Of a DNA stretch of 41,886 bases, positions 12,135 to 23,605 are shown in pieces. Both the position numbers and the translations under genes were made by a program. The stretch is taken from positions 1 to 41,886 of the forward strand of contig ADNK01001929.1 of the NCBI GenBank assembly GCA_000320545.1, given 5' to 3'. The DNA is from Bigelowiella natans CCMP2755 (taxonomy: Eukaryota; Protista; Cercozoa). Numbering within the stretch: position 1 is the stretch's first letter; every line of letters starts with the position of its first letter. The notes beneath the pieces are model-generated. The model was not told where the DNA came from. It worked only from the letters and a program-made list of their open reading frames with translations, and ran no database searches.

Positions 12135-14119
12135 TTAAGCTATAACACATCGCTCAGCACGGGCTTTCAACTTTGAATCAATGTCCACCTTCCCCTATTA
12201 TGAGGAATAATTGGTGATAGTAGTACATGAATCGCGCAGTAGTAGTGGTAGTAAAGGAATCTACTATGTAATGGTTTCTACTAAATTTGATAGACAGATC
12301 ATTAGTAGTAGTGAACTTTGGATATACTTCTTCATTACTAGTGAACTTGCAACGTAGTGAACTTCATTAGTAGTAGTGAACTTGGGATATACTTCTTCAT
12401 TACTAGTGAACTTGCAACATACTACTTCATTAGTAGTAGTGAACTTGGGATATACTTCTTCATTACTAGTGAACTTGCAACATACTACTTCATTAGTAGT
12501 AGTGAACCTGGGATATACTTCTTCATTACTAGTGAACTTGCAACATACTACTCTCACCTATCATCGTCATCACCATCACATTATCACCAATACAAGTACT
12601 ACCTCATTTAAATTGTCCGGAGGATCTTCGTTGAAATGCCTTATGCTATTGAGGAGGCGTTAGTGTTCAACAACAACTATAACAGATCATCATCATCATC
12701 GTCATCATTATTATCATGATCATCATATCTAGCAGCATAGGGTAGCAGCACAGGAAAGTGACGGATTGTGCCCACCACCACCACCACCACCACCACCACC
12801 ACCACCAACCTGAGCGAGTTTACTCAGTGTCTTTCGTTTGTCTTTGTATGCTGCTCGCCATAAAATACCTAATAGTATAAGTATCAGCGATGACATAATA
12901 ATACAATGGACGCATTTATTCTATATTTCTTCGATGCTATTATCTATCGCAGGAGGACTATAAATGAAAATACGAATCGGTGGTAGATCACAAGTAGAGT
13001 CCTCCCTCTTCTTCTTCTTCTTCTTCTTCTTCTCTTGGATTATTACTACTACTACTTCTTACATGGCCAAGATGTCCTCCGCAGTTATTGCACACTATTT
13101 CCAATCCCCCGAGGTCTTGTCGTACTCCAACGTGACTGACGAGGAGGAGGAGCATCATGGTGGTTGTAATGAGCGGCCATCAACATTTTCCAATTGTACA
13201 AAGAATAGGTAGGAGACCAAATTGAACAGTCTATAATTCACCCATTTTGATAAATTTAGGACGTATTATGATGACGATGTACAAATGGTAACGACAACTC
13301 AAAGCAAAGCTGAGACTAGAATTAGAGGAGAGAGCTGCACAGTTTTAGCGCTTTGGCATTATAATCATAATGATAATTGCTCTTATATGTAGTACCATTT
13401 GCTATCAGTGAAATAACACTTATCGAAGGCAACCCATCCTTATTATGATATCCATCAATTGACAACATGCTATCAGTGATAATTATATGCTGGCTGTGAG
13501 CGCAATAGCAATTATCAGATAATCTGTAGCTATGCCCCCTCCTCCTTTATGAGTGTCCAATGTGATACACCGGCCGATTGATATATGTATGTTATTTGTC
13601 AAAAATACGTATTGTGTGTTCTCCCTTTTCTTAAATAAAATGCTGCACGTACACACCTCGATCTGGAAATTTGCTTGCTGCAGAATAGATGGGGTGTTTA
13701 CAGCCTCTGCAGCCAAAGTATCCCTTCTGTGGGAATTTGCGATTATATTCACCTTTTCCTGTGTGAAAAGTGAGCGACATGAGTAGTGATAGTAGTGCCA
13801 AAATAAGGCTATTATTTCTTAAACATACAACACACCACCTACTACCTGATCTTTCGGTTCCTCGTTTCCGCAGGATTTTATACTCATCTTTGGTGAGAAT
13901 CTTACGCCATTCAGAGTCCTTTTTTCGAACTGGATACTTGCTTTTGCGCTTACTCTTCCTAGGAGGCTGGTCATCATCATTAATCTTGAGTCTGGCTTGG
14001 TTTTCATTCACTGCTGTGGATTTGACCGTTGGTGACTGTTTGATTGACAACTTGCCAACTGAAAGAGATGCAGTGCCGGCAGGAGTGCCTTCTGAGCTAT
14101 TCTCTTTTTTCTCTTCCAT
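12135..14119 (-). CDS. msrB: Peptide methionine-R-sulfoxide reductase B (SelR), selenoprotein form
   Basis: Exons 14119-13846, 13758-13657, 13438-13396, 13135-13063, 12868-12810, 12645-12603 and 12194-12135 are all GT-AG with consistent phases. They give ...EWRKILTKDEYKILRKRGTE...GYFGCRGC...SKFPDRGWVAFDKC...EIVCNNCGGHLGHVFYGEQHTKTNERH[TGA=U]VNSLSIRH...AERCVIA*. The two CxxC zinc motifs and GHLGHVF are intact. Confidence 0.93.
12300..12551. repeat. Minisatellite, ~63-bp unit x ~4, inside the last MsrB intron
   Basis: Unit TTCATTAGTAGTAGTGAACTTGGGATATACTTCTTCATTACTAGTGAACTTGCAACATACTAC, itself built from two related half-units. Confidence 0.92.
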
Positions 14120-14433
14120 CTGTACGTGGGAGGAAGAGAACCCTTTCTCTCTATGTCTATCCTCCCCCCCCCTTGTTGTTGTTAGCACTGATGGAAGGTA
14201 GGGGACGGAAGCAAGAAATATGTTTGAATTAAGTTGTTACGAAGATGTGAGTAAATTGCCTTCGTTTTGATAAAGATGTAGCCATATTTTGTTGTCGCAC
14301 ATAAAATATGAGCATATTTCGTTGTCGCACAGATAACTCAGTTGATCATTACTCCCTCCCTCCCCTCCCTTCCACACATAACATCTGCTGGATACTCCAG
14401 CTCAGCCACCGAAGGGGAGGCGAAAATTTGCAA

Positions 14434-15496
14434 ATGGCAAAATTACTGTTTATGTCAAGAACAATCTACAGGCAGTGTGGATTATCATCAAGGACACATA
14501 GCAGCAGCATGCGCCATCATTTCATCATCTTTGCGGTCGTAGGCTTGACTTTGCTAGCGGTGACAGCAGAATGGAATCCTTCTAATCAGGCCAAGGCACC
14601 GCTGTCAACCTTAAAAATATATTCCAGCAATAGGCGACTTAGGCCTCGTCCACAGGCATTATTGTCCTCTGTCGCTAATCAAGAACAGTTGGTTATGGGA
14701 AGGGGGGAGAAATATCACCACCATAGCAAAATGATCCGTCGATTGAGGAGGAGGAGGCCATTTATCACAAAAAGTGCAGAAGACAGCGGTGATAATCTAG
14801 AATCAGCACCGAGATTAAATAAAGGTTAGCTATATTTATCATATGCTGTTTCCAGCCAATCAAAGTTTTGATTCACTTTCCATCATGCTACTTTCTTGAT
14901 ATAACTGTAGAGGATAAATCGGCTGAGAAACAACCGTCAACATCATATTATTATCACCAATTTGACGATGTTTTCCGGGAGGAACTTGACCAGCTCTTTA
15001 GATGGAGACGAGATGTGAGGTGAGATCTAATGAAAAGTGATAGTGTTAAGCTATTTATGATGTTACGATGATCATGAGGACAGTGGTGGTGGTCATTGAT
15101 GAGGATGATAGAAAATCATGGGCTACTACATATGCTTTGGATCACTGTAGCGTACGTACGAACGCCAAAGATTTACTCACATTTGCTCAGATAGATAGAA
15201 TTCAGTGTTGTCCTGATCATCGTATTTCATTTGGCTCACCGTTTAATCGTGATACTACCCATTCGTCGTTTCAGAAAATTTAGAACTGATCCTGTGGACC
15301 CAGAGATAATAAACACGGCATTATTTCACGCATTCTCAGCTCCTTCCGGTAATATATAATTAATGGCATATGCATGCTCCTCTCATATTTGTGAATGCCA
15401 TTGTTCTGTCATCATCATCATCATCCATTTTAGTGCTTTTTTACGGTAGTCAATGGTGAGGGAGAGTCGACACACACACACACTCAAACACACACT

Positions 15497-15536
<40 letters not shown>

Positions 15537-15541
15537 ATCAT

Positions 15542-15572
<31 letters not shown>

Positions 15573-15579
15573 AGCAGAC

Positions 15580-15621
<42 letters not shown>

Positions 15622-15864
15622 GGGGGGCGGGGACGAACAAGGTTTGCAGAGATGATTAGAATACGTAGTTAGCAGCCCTAGAGATAGAGTAGTCGCGTAC
15701 GCTTCTTCTTTTTCTTCTTCTTCTTCTTCTTCTTCTTCTTCTTCTTCTTCTACTAGTACTACTACTACTTCTTCTTCTTCTTCTACTTCTACTACTGATA
15801 TAGCGAACATAACAACCATTTCTACTACCACCACTATCACGAAACCGACACCATCTATATTTAT

Positions 15865-15905
<41 letters not shown>

Positions 15906-16134
15906 TGGGGAACAGCCAGCCGTGGCGATATGTAATAGTAGAAGATGAGAGGAAAAAACAAAAAATCATCGAGGTATAATGTGACCATATTGTAAGCAAT
16001 CAATAGACCACCTTGTTTTCTAACCACTCATTCAATAAATCAAACAATCGATCACTATCATCAGAAATGTAGAAATACTCACACACATATATACATTTAC
16101 AATATAAATATTTATGTTTATATATGTATATATA

Positions 16135-16171
<37 letters not shown>

Positions 16172-16192
16172 CTACATATGTTATTGATACTG

Positions 16193-16223
<31 letters not shown>

Positions 16224-16940
16224 CTACGATAAACCTTTCACAGAATTTTAAAGTGGCTAATTCAGAGGCCTTAAATAGTTATTCTGGAGAAAAAAGGGAA
16301 ATATATGCCAAACTTAAATTGAGTGGTCTCCAAGAGGTAGCAGCATCAGTGTATGCGACAAGATGGCTATTTGTTAAAATTTTAGTGCTGATAGAGAGTA
16401 TGAAGAGAGGGGTTAGGCACAGGAGAGATGCAGCATGTAGTTATATTACGTCATCATCATCATCATCACGTCATCATCATCATCATCATCTTAAAATCTC
16501 CTACTACTTTCACTTTTACTTCTACTACTACTACTGCTGCTACTATTATTACTACTACTGCTACTACTACCACCGCTAAGACAACCACATATCCCTAACA
16601 ATATCGAAGCATGCACACAACGATGTGTTTCTGTTGTTTTCCTTTGACTACTGGTTACTATACTTCTAAGATGCTACTCATGCCTCTTAACTTTATCTTA
16701 TATGATGGTGATTACATTTGAATTACTCAGGCGCCTTTAGCTATTGCCGTATTCTGTGAGTCGGACACACCTGTTGGACATGGTAGTTTATTATTACGTA
16801 GCAGTAGTAAGTAAGTACTCTTCGTAAGTAGTTGCAATCATCACAGAGCACATATCATAGTTGTGTAAAGAAGAATAACAAGAATAAAACAACTTATAAT
16901 TCTATTACCTTCTGAAATAATCAATGTTTTTGTTAGCAAT

Positions 16941-16971
<31 letters not shown>

Positions 16972-17743
16972 CCATCATCCTTATCACAAAATATTATACC
17001 AAAAAACTAACATCATAGGTCTAGGAAGACGAACGATGCCAGGCATGCTTGAATATTCAGTAGTAGCGTCAATTCAGCAGGTGGGTACTTGTAGTACTAG
17101 TATTTCCCATATAATGCTGCTGCAGCTTTGAAGGTCTCTTCTTACCGTCGGCTGACATATAATCCCACTCCTCTCTTGCTGTGGCTATAATAACACAGTT
17201 TTGGTTATCTGCTCGTGCTCACGGTGTCGGAGTTGGATGGGTCTCAATATTTAACGAACCTGAAAACTTCTGGAAGGTTATTTGAGGATTATGGATTGAG
17301 GGAGGATGAGTGTTAATGTCTCTTATTCTAGTGTGCTGAATGAATAGTTAGTAATGCTGGCATGATTGGTACCGAGAGGGAAAATGGATAACTGTAGCCT
17401 TACCACTGCTGGTTGTTGCTATTAGATCCTAGATGTTCCCAGCGACTGGAAATTTATAGCGATGTTGAGCGTTGGATATCCGCAACAAGAATCAACGCAG
17501 CCAGGTAATCCGAATTTCCTACACCAATTGTATGATACGATCTTAGAAGCAGCAGTTACAGAAGAATTTGAAGTTGTTCTTCTAAGCAACGTAATTGCAA
17601 ACGAGACTCATCCTTTTATTTTGCACTTGCATTCTCATTTTCCCATTGCATTGTCGTTTTGACGATCAACATCGTACGTAGAACTGGTTCGCTATGGATG
17701 GCAAGAGATGCTGGACAATTCCACATTTTTGCACAGGCGGTGA
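14434..17743 (+). CDS. bluB: BluB-like 5,6-dimethylbenzimidazole synthase (nitroreductase superfamily) with N-terminal signal + transit-like extension; 10 exons
   Basis: Exons: start (14308, 14434 or 14509) to 14824, 14911-15019, 15275-15348, 15906-15973, 16244-16336, 16731-16782, 17019-17080, 17199-17276, 17426-17504, 17682-17743. They give LFRWRRDVRKF...APSVGNSQPWRY...YAKLKLSGLQEAP...GHGLGRRTMPGMLEYSVV...FWLSARAHGVGVGWVSIF...LSVGYP...PELVRYGW, a motif set characteristic of BluB. Confidence 0.88.
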
Positions 17744-17749
17744 TCGCAC

Positions 17750-19640
17750 AATGCATGCACGCGCGCGAGTTGTCAGAGTGTCACTATAGTGGTAGTGTCA
17801 ACAATGTCCACCTACATGCCATTCCCTGCAAATCCCAGACGACCACATGAATAAATGCACATCATTGAGCATGCAGAGCACGCATGGCAACGCAAAGTTT
17901 GCACACCTCTCAATCCCCAGATCTCATCATGCTAGCATGCTGCTCCAGAACTAGCGTGCAACGTGATCTAGACGATTTCATTCGAATGATGTAGAGCACA
18001 TTTTTGCGACGCGGCACACGCCATCGCATGGCCAGCCACGAGCACTAGAATGCTAGACTAGTAGAGGACAGAGCACTCGCTAGCATGAGGTTCACACTAG
18101 CTAGCTAGGTCGACCATGTGTCATGTGTCCTTCTTGAGCTCCAGAGCTGGGTCTTTGATGTCCTGCGCGGTGGACTGGCAAGACAATGGGGCAGCATGTA
18201 GAGTTCGCTAGTTCGTGAGGAAGCGGGTCCGGCAACGAACAGCGCAACGCTAGCAACGAAGTGGTCTAGCTAGCTAGTCAAGCTAGTGGTGCTGAAAGGA
18301 TTTCCACAATGTGTCCATCTGTACGAGTCTGGGGGTCATTGTGCACACAGTGTGCACTGCTGTGACCAGCTAGCTCACCCTGTCCATTCACTTCTCCAGT
18401 TCTTCTGCTGGCGTGTCGCACTGCTAGACTGACCTGAACGAACGAACGAACAAACGACGGCGCAAGCCATGTGAGTCAATGATTGCTGCGCACTGCAGAC
18501 ACAGTGTGTGTTGCACACGTGTCACATGCATCACACGTGCGTCTGTTGTGCGCAAACTCAAGCTGCACCGTGCTGCATGGCGTGAACGAAAGGACGAACG
18601 AGTGCCAGAGGCTGACAAGTGACTCCGATGGTGGTGCTCGTCATCACAGGCCACTCTGGTGCTGACTAGCTGAGTGAGTGAATGAGTGAGTGAAGTCGTT
18701 CCAATGGTGCAGTTGAGAGGACGATGGGACGTGCCAACTCACCCACACCCTCCCCAATCGACAAGACCAATGCTGGAACGTGGAAGGTTGATCGAGGGCA
18801 ACGAGTGAGGAAGGCCAGAAGGAGAGCTGGAGAGGGAAAAGAAGGATCGAGGAGTTTTCAAAGCAAGGGTTGAGAATGAGTGTTGAGTCTGAGGACCTTG
18901 TGAACTTTTGCAATTTTGATTTTCTTGACGTGCGGTGCGGTCTTCAGCATTGCACTCACTCTGCTGGACCGCGTTTCGTCCAGGCTCTGCTGGTCTGAAT
19001 GAACGAATGAACGAATGAATTTGATGATGACAACATTTCCAAAACATGTCATGGTGTTTGCAAAGTGCGAAACGTGTGCCTCGAGCCAATTCAAGCAAGG
19101 TCCAAACTTGGGCATGGCGCCTTGACAATGCTGCAACACTGAGAGAAGGAAAGAACGCAGTGATGGACCACATGAAAATTGGCAATGGCGTTGCGTCTCA
19201 TGTTCTAGATGTTGCTGGTTCCAAAACCTTGACGTCAGTTGAAAACGGCCTGGGCAACAACCTGAAAGATGGGAACAGTAACCACGAGAAGGTTGCTCCT
19301 CGGCATGAACTGAACAAACGGGAAAATGCTCACACATTGCTAGATTGTCTAGATTGTTGAATTCAATGACGATGTCGCAAGCAGAATTCATCCTTTGTTT
19401 TCGGAATTTCGGTGCAATATAGGAACTCATTCTCCTCCTCCGGTGCTCGTTACGGAACAACACACTGTTTCCCCCTCCCCCCTCCTTGTGGAACAACACA
19501 GCTAAAAAATTGTTGTTTTTGTTGTTGTTGTTGTTGTTGTTGCACTCTCCTTACGTAACAACACAGCTGAAAAGTTGTTGTTGTTGCCCTCCGCGGGACC
19601 ATCAGACTGTAGTAACGCTAGAGGAATGAGCCTTACGTAA
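17750..19640. mobile_element. Degenerate repeat/TE-like block with extreme TpA depletion; family unidentified
   Basis: Composition is sharply different from the flanking genes. A motif resembling (CC)TTACG(T/G)AACAACACA is repeated ~4x at 19450-19650 like a subterminal array. ORFs in the block are Cys/His-rich and Tyr-poor. Confidence 0.5.
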
Positions 19641-19740
19641 CAACACACCAACTCGATCAAATACAATACATTCGCTTCAGCAGACTAGACGGTAGTTGTG
19701 GCAACCACCTTCTCTGCACGTGTTTGGGAGCATAGCATTC

Positions 19741-22157
19741 ATGATGTTGTTCATGAGGGTACTCTTCCTTTTCCTGCTCGCCCGCTCTGCAGGTACTAAA
19801 GGACAACATCATTCGAACAACAAAGTCTAGCTAGTTGGATTTTTGTATGATTGGCAAGCCCTCTTTAAACAACTTTTTGATTTGTTCTAATTTGGTAGGC
19901 GGTAACCCGTCTCCCGTAACATCTTCTCCATCACTCTCCCCACAAATCGTAAATCCAACTGCTGCTCCTTCGCCCAGAGACACTGTGATAACACGAACTT
20001 CATCCTTTACATTTTCCATGATGTTTCTCGATCGCGAGCTTGGGTGCTTGGACGGGGACCAGTTCAGCCACTTTCTCTATGCAACAACAACGTCGAGTCA
20101 AGTTGCTCGTATCAATCTTACCGCCGCTTTCCCAATGTTTGAGTCATCTGGGAGGCAGCCGATACAAATTGAAAATGTAACATTCCAGTTAGGAGGAGCA
20201 GGATATGGTAATGTAGATGGGCAGTTGGACATTGCCAAATTTAATGCTCCATCAGATCTTGCATGTTTCGAACCAGACATTGGAAATCCTGTCAGCAGCG
20301 TTAGTTTCCTCTACATAGCAGATACAGGGAATAAGAAAATTCGAATGCTAGACCTGTCGACAGAAGAAGTTACAACGGTTGCTGGCAGTGTTGGTGGTGG
20401 TGGCAGTTTTAGGGACGGATACGGTAGTCGTAACTGGCACTCAACACTGACTATATGAAGATCGATTATTTGTCATCATTACTTCTCACAGTTAATTTAT
20501 AGTTTCGCTATGTTGGTAACCTTGATAGGTACTACCGTTGTTTTCTCTGATCCACGGTCAGTAGCAATATCAAGATCCTACACGCTATACGTCGCTGATA
20601 CCCATCGAATATGTGCAATCAACACTAATCCTAGTGTTTCTCCTCGATATAACGTTACTACTATTACGGGTTCTGCAACCCCCGCCTCAATTGATGGCCC
20701 TTTCTCATCCGCTAAATTTGGACTTCCTATTTCAATTGATGTATTGGATTTTCCACACGGGACCCAACCCTTCCCAGCTGTCGCTAGAACTTTCGTGTAC
20801 GTAATCGATGCCAGCGAATATTCTGTGCGAAAGCTGGATTTTACATCTCAAACTGTCAGTACAGTAGCAGGTAGTAGAATGACTACTAATTTCCAAATAT
20901 GTATCTTCAACCATGTATGATCATCCTCTACACACACGCGGTACTTTATGATTATATTTAGGCAACAGCCATATTTCTGGTTACTTAGACGGTCCTGCAG
21001 TAAGCGCCCAATTTAGAGGCTTGCAGTGTATTTCTCTTGTCCCTAACACAGACCCAGCAATAATATACATCACAGAATCTGAAAATCGTGTCATACGTGC
21101 GATTAATGAGGCCGTTGGAGAAGTGACTACCGCAGCTGGCCTTCAAACCAACACAACAATTCCTCTAGAAGACGGCACCTCTGCAGATGCTACATTTGGT
21201 ACTCCAGTTGGAATCTATTACAGCGGAGGAGGCTCTTCGGATCAAGACTACGCATTTGTAACAGACGCGCATTGGAGAAGTATCCGAATAGTCGCGAAAG
21301 GTGCTCCTCCTACACTTCAACCCTCAATAAATCCTTCGCCAGCACCGACTTCAATATCTCCAACCACATCTCCAGGTAACAGATTGTTTAAATTGTTCGT
21401 CATTGCTACTACTGCTATTACTATTGCTATTACTACTACTACTACTACCCCGTGCATTTTTCAACATTAATTGAAATGCTGTTGTAATTGTTGCCGGCTA
21501 TAGAGAGTGATGCTCCTAGTAATGTTCCCAGCCAAAGTCCAAGTACAACAGTTCCTGTGACTACATCTCCCAGCACCCTTTCCCCGACAATTGATTTTCA
21601 GAGATGTTTGCAAATTCAAGGGCCAAATGAAGGGTGGATCTTCGCTACTTTTTCATATCACTTGACAATGGTGTGTACTCTTACACCCCAAGCTATTTTT
21701 TGGAAGCTTTCTAATCGTACGAGTGGCAGTACAGTAAACGTGAGAGTTGTACATTCTTCTCCAATACCTTCTTTGTTACGTCTGACTTCGAGTAACATAA
21801 CAAATATTGTTGGGATTGGTGGAGGAGTTCTTGGTATATCTGGATGCGCAAACTTCACTTCCAACTCTCCAAGTAGTAGTGTATTGGTTCCAATAATTGT
21901 TTGCCAGAAGATTGAGGTAATACCACTATTACTTACTACATTCAGCATATAAAATACGATAGTTATTATGGGGATTGTAGGACAAAGTTGAGAAGTGAAG
22001 GAAAAAACGAAGAACCAAAGAGCTCCTTATTTTAGCATATCATCGATTCAGTAGTTAGTAGTAGCTTAGCAACAAACACTGTTCGTCCATTATATCGGTA
22101 AGAAGGAGGACATGGATGAATATTCTCTTATTAACGAAAAAGCCGCTGAGAACGTGC

Positions 22158-22195
<38 letters not shown>

Positions 22196-23570
22196 CGATA
22201 TGTATTATTATGAATCATTTATTTATATCACTGTACTATGTAAACTCCTTGTTTTGCTGCTATAAACAACAGGTGTCAATTTCATCGTTACCAGCTCCAA
22301 CAATAACTCTAACTTATCCTGAGCCTTTGCACACGGGGCTATTGTCTACTACTATATTAGCCACGATTTATCATTCAGCACCTCAAAACTTAAGTGTTGC
22401 TCAAAGAGAGCAGTTTAGATACTCTTGGCGTGTTGTTCGTCTGTCAAATGAGAGAAGAATGGGGGCGGTGCTTGTACCTACTGCGACAACGGGAATAATA
22501 TCAAGCAATACGACTACTTTATACCTCCCAAGAGGATTCCTTGAGCCAGAAGAAACATATTCTTTTACCTTTCAAGCTGATCTCAGTAGTGCATACGTCT
22601 CGTCGAGCAGCTCGAGAAGTGGAATCTTTTCAGTAACATCCCGAAATATCACATCTTTGACACCGTCTATCGAGGCTAAGATTGTAGGAGGGTATATCAT
22701 CATGTATGCATGCATGCATGACGGAAAACATAAGACTACCACGATGACGACTACAGATTCACTCTTTCCTATCAATGATTTTCTTAATAATAACATAATA
22801 GCATAGACGCTGCACATCTTCTTTCCCGTGATTGCTATTCTAACATAAACAATAATATAGAGAATAATTATAACCCATATCGTACTAGCTGGTGTACAAA
22901 GCTATGCTATTCTTCCCATCTCTCCTATTTCTATCCAATTTCTCATTTATTGCTACACTACTACTATGGGTTGTTTTAGGTCCCAACGAGATGTACAATT
23001 TGGAGCATCACCTTTTATTCTAGACGCTAGTGACTCAATGGATTTAGCTAATGCTCCTGGGGGTACCAAGAACTTTTCTTGGACATGCGAACAACATCTT
23101 AATGTGACAGGAGGAAATTTTATCCACCCTCCTCCCTCTTGTGGAAGTAACTTTACAGAGGGGGGGGGAGCAGCGAAAGGAGTTAGTTCCAGTGTTTTGG
23201 TTGTCAACCCTCTTGAGCTTATCACTGGTAGCAATAGAATCGACGCTGTAGCATCTGGAGAAGCACAATACAAATTCACAGTGAATGTAAGTGTATTATC
23301 AAATGGTGGAACATTGTACCGTTTTGCCATAGCCTCTGTCCTTGTGACAGTAAGACCTGCAAATGTACCTTCTCTCACTCTAACCGTTGGGAATACATCT
23401 ATTTCAAAAACGTCTACTACAACACTAACAGCCAACGCGATTTCAGCTGAGTCCCCGCATTCATCCCTGACGTAATCATCAAAATTCAATGATGCTGATG
23501 ATGATAATGATTGTGGTGGTAGTGGCAGTGGTGGATAATAACGGCGTCATTAGAGCTGCTATTTAATAAC

Positions 23571-23605
<35 letters not shown>

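Noticed and set aside
12300-12551. CRISPR-like array or repeat-protein ORFs
   Set aside because: The units are contiguous near-identical tandem copies without unique spacers, in a eukaryotic intron with no cas genes.
15383-15999. ORFs made of poly-V/C/E/H/M runs (also at 9034-9336, 25965-26327 and 41519-41796)
   Set aside because: They are translations of intronic or intergenic microsatellites, or antisense shadows of real genes.
14434-17743. Bacterial contamination as the source of bluB
   Set aside because: The gene has nine spliceosomal introns with host-type microsatellites and is embedded among eukaryotic genes on a telomere-bearing contig.
17750-19400. CpG methylation decay as the cause of TG/CA richness
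   Set aside because: CpG remains common (GCGC, ACG, TCG) while TpA is what is missing. It may contribute but cannot be the main cause.
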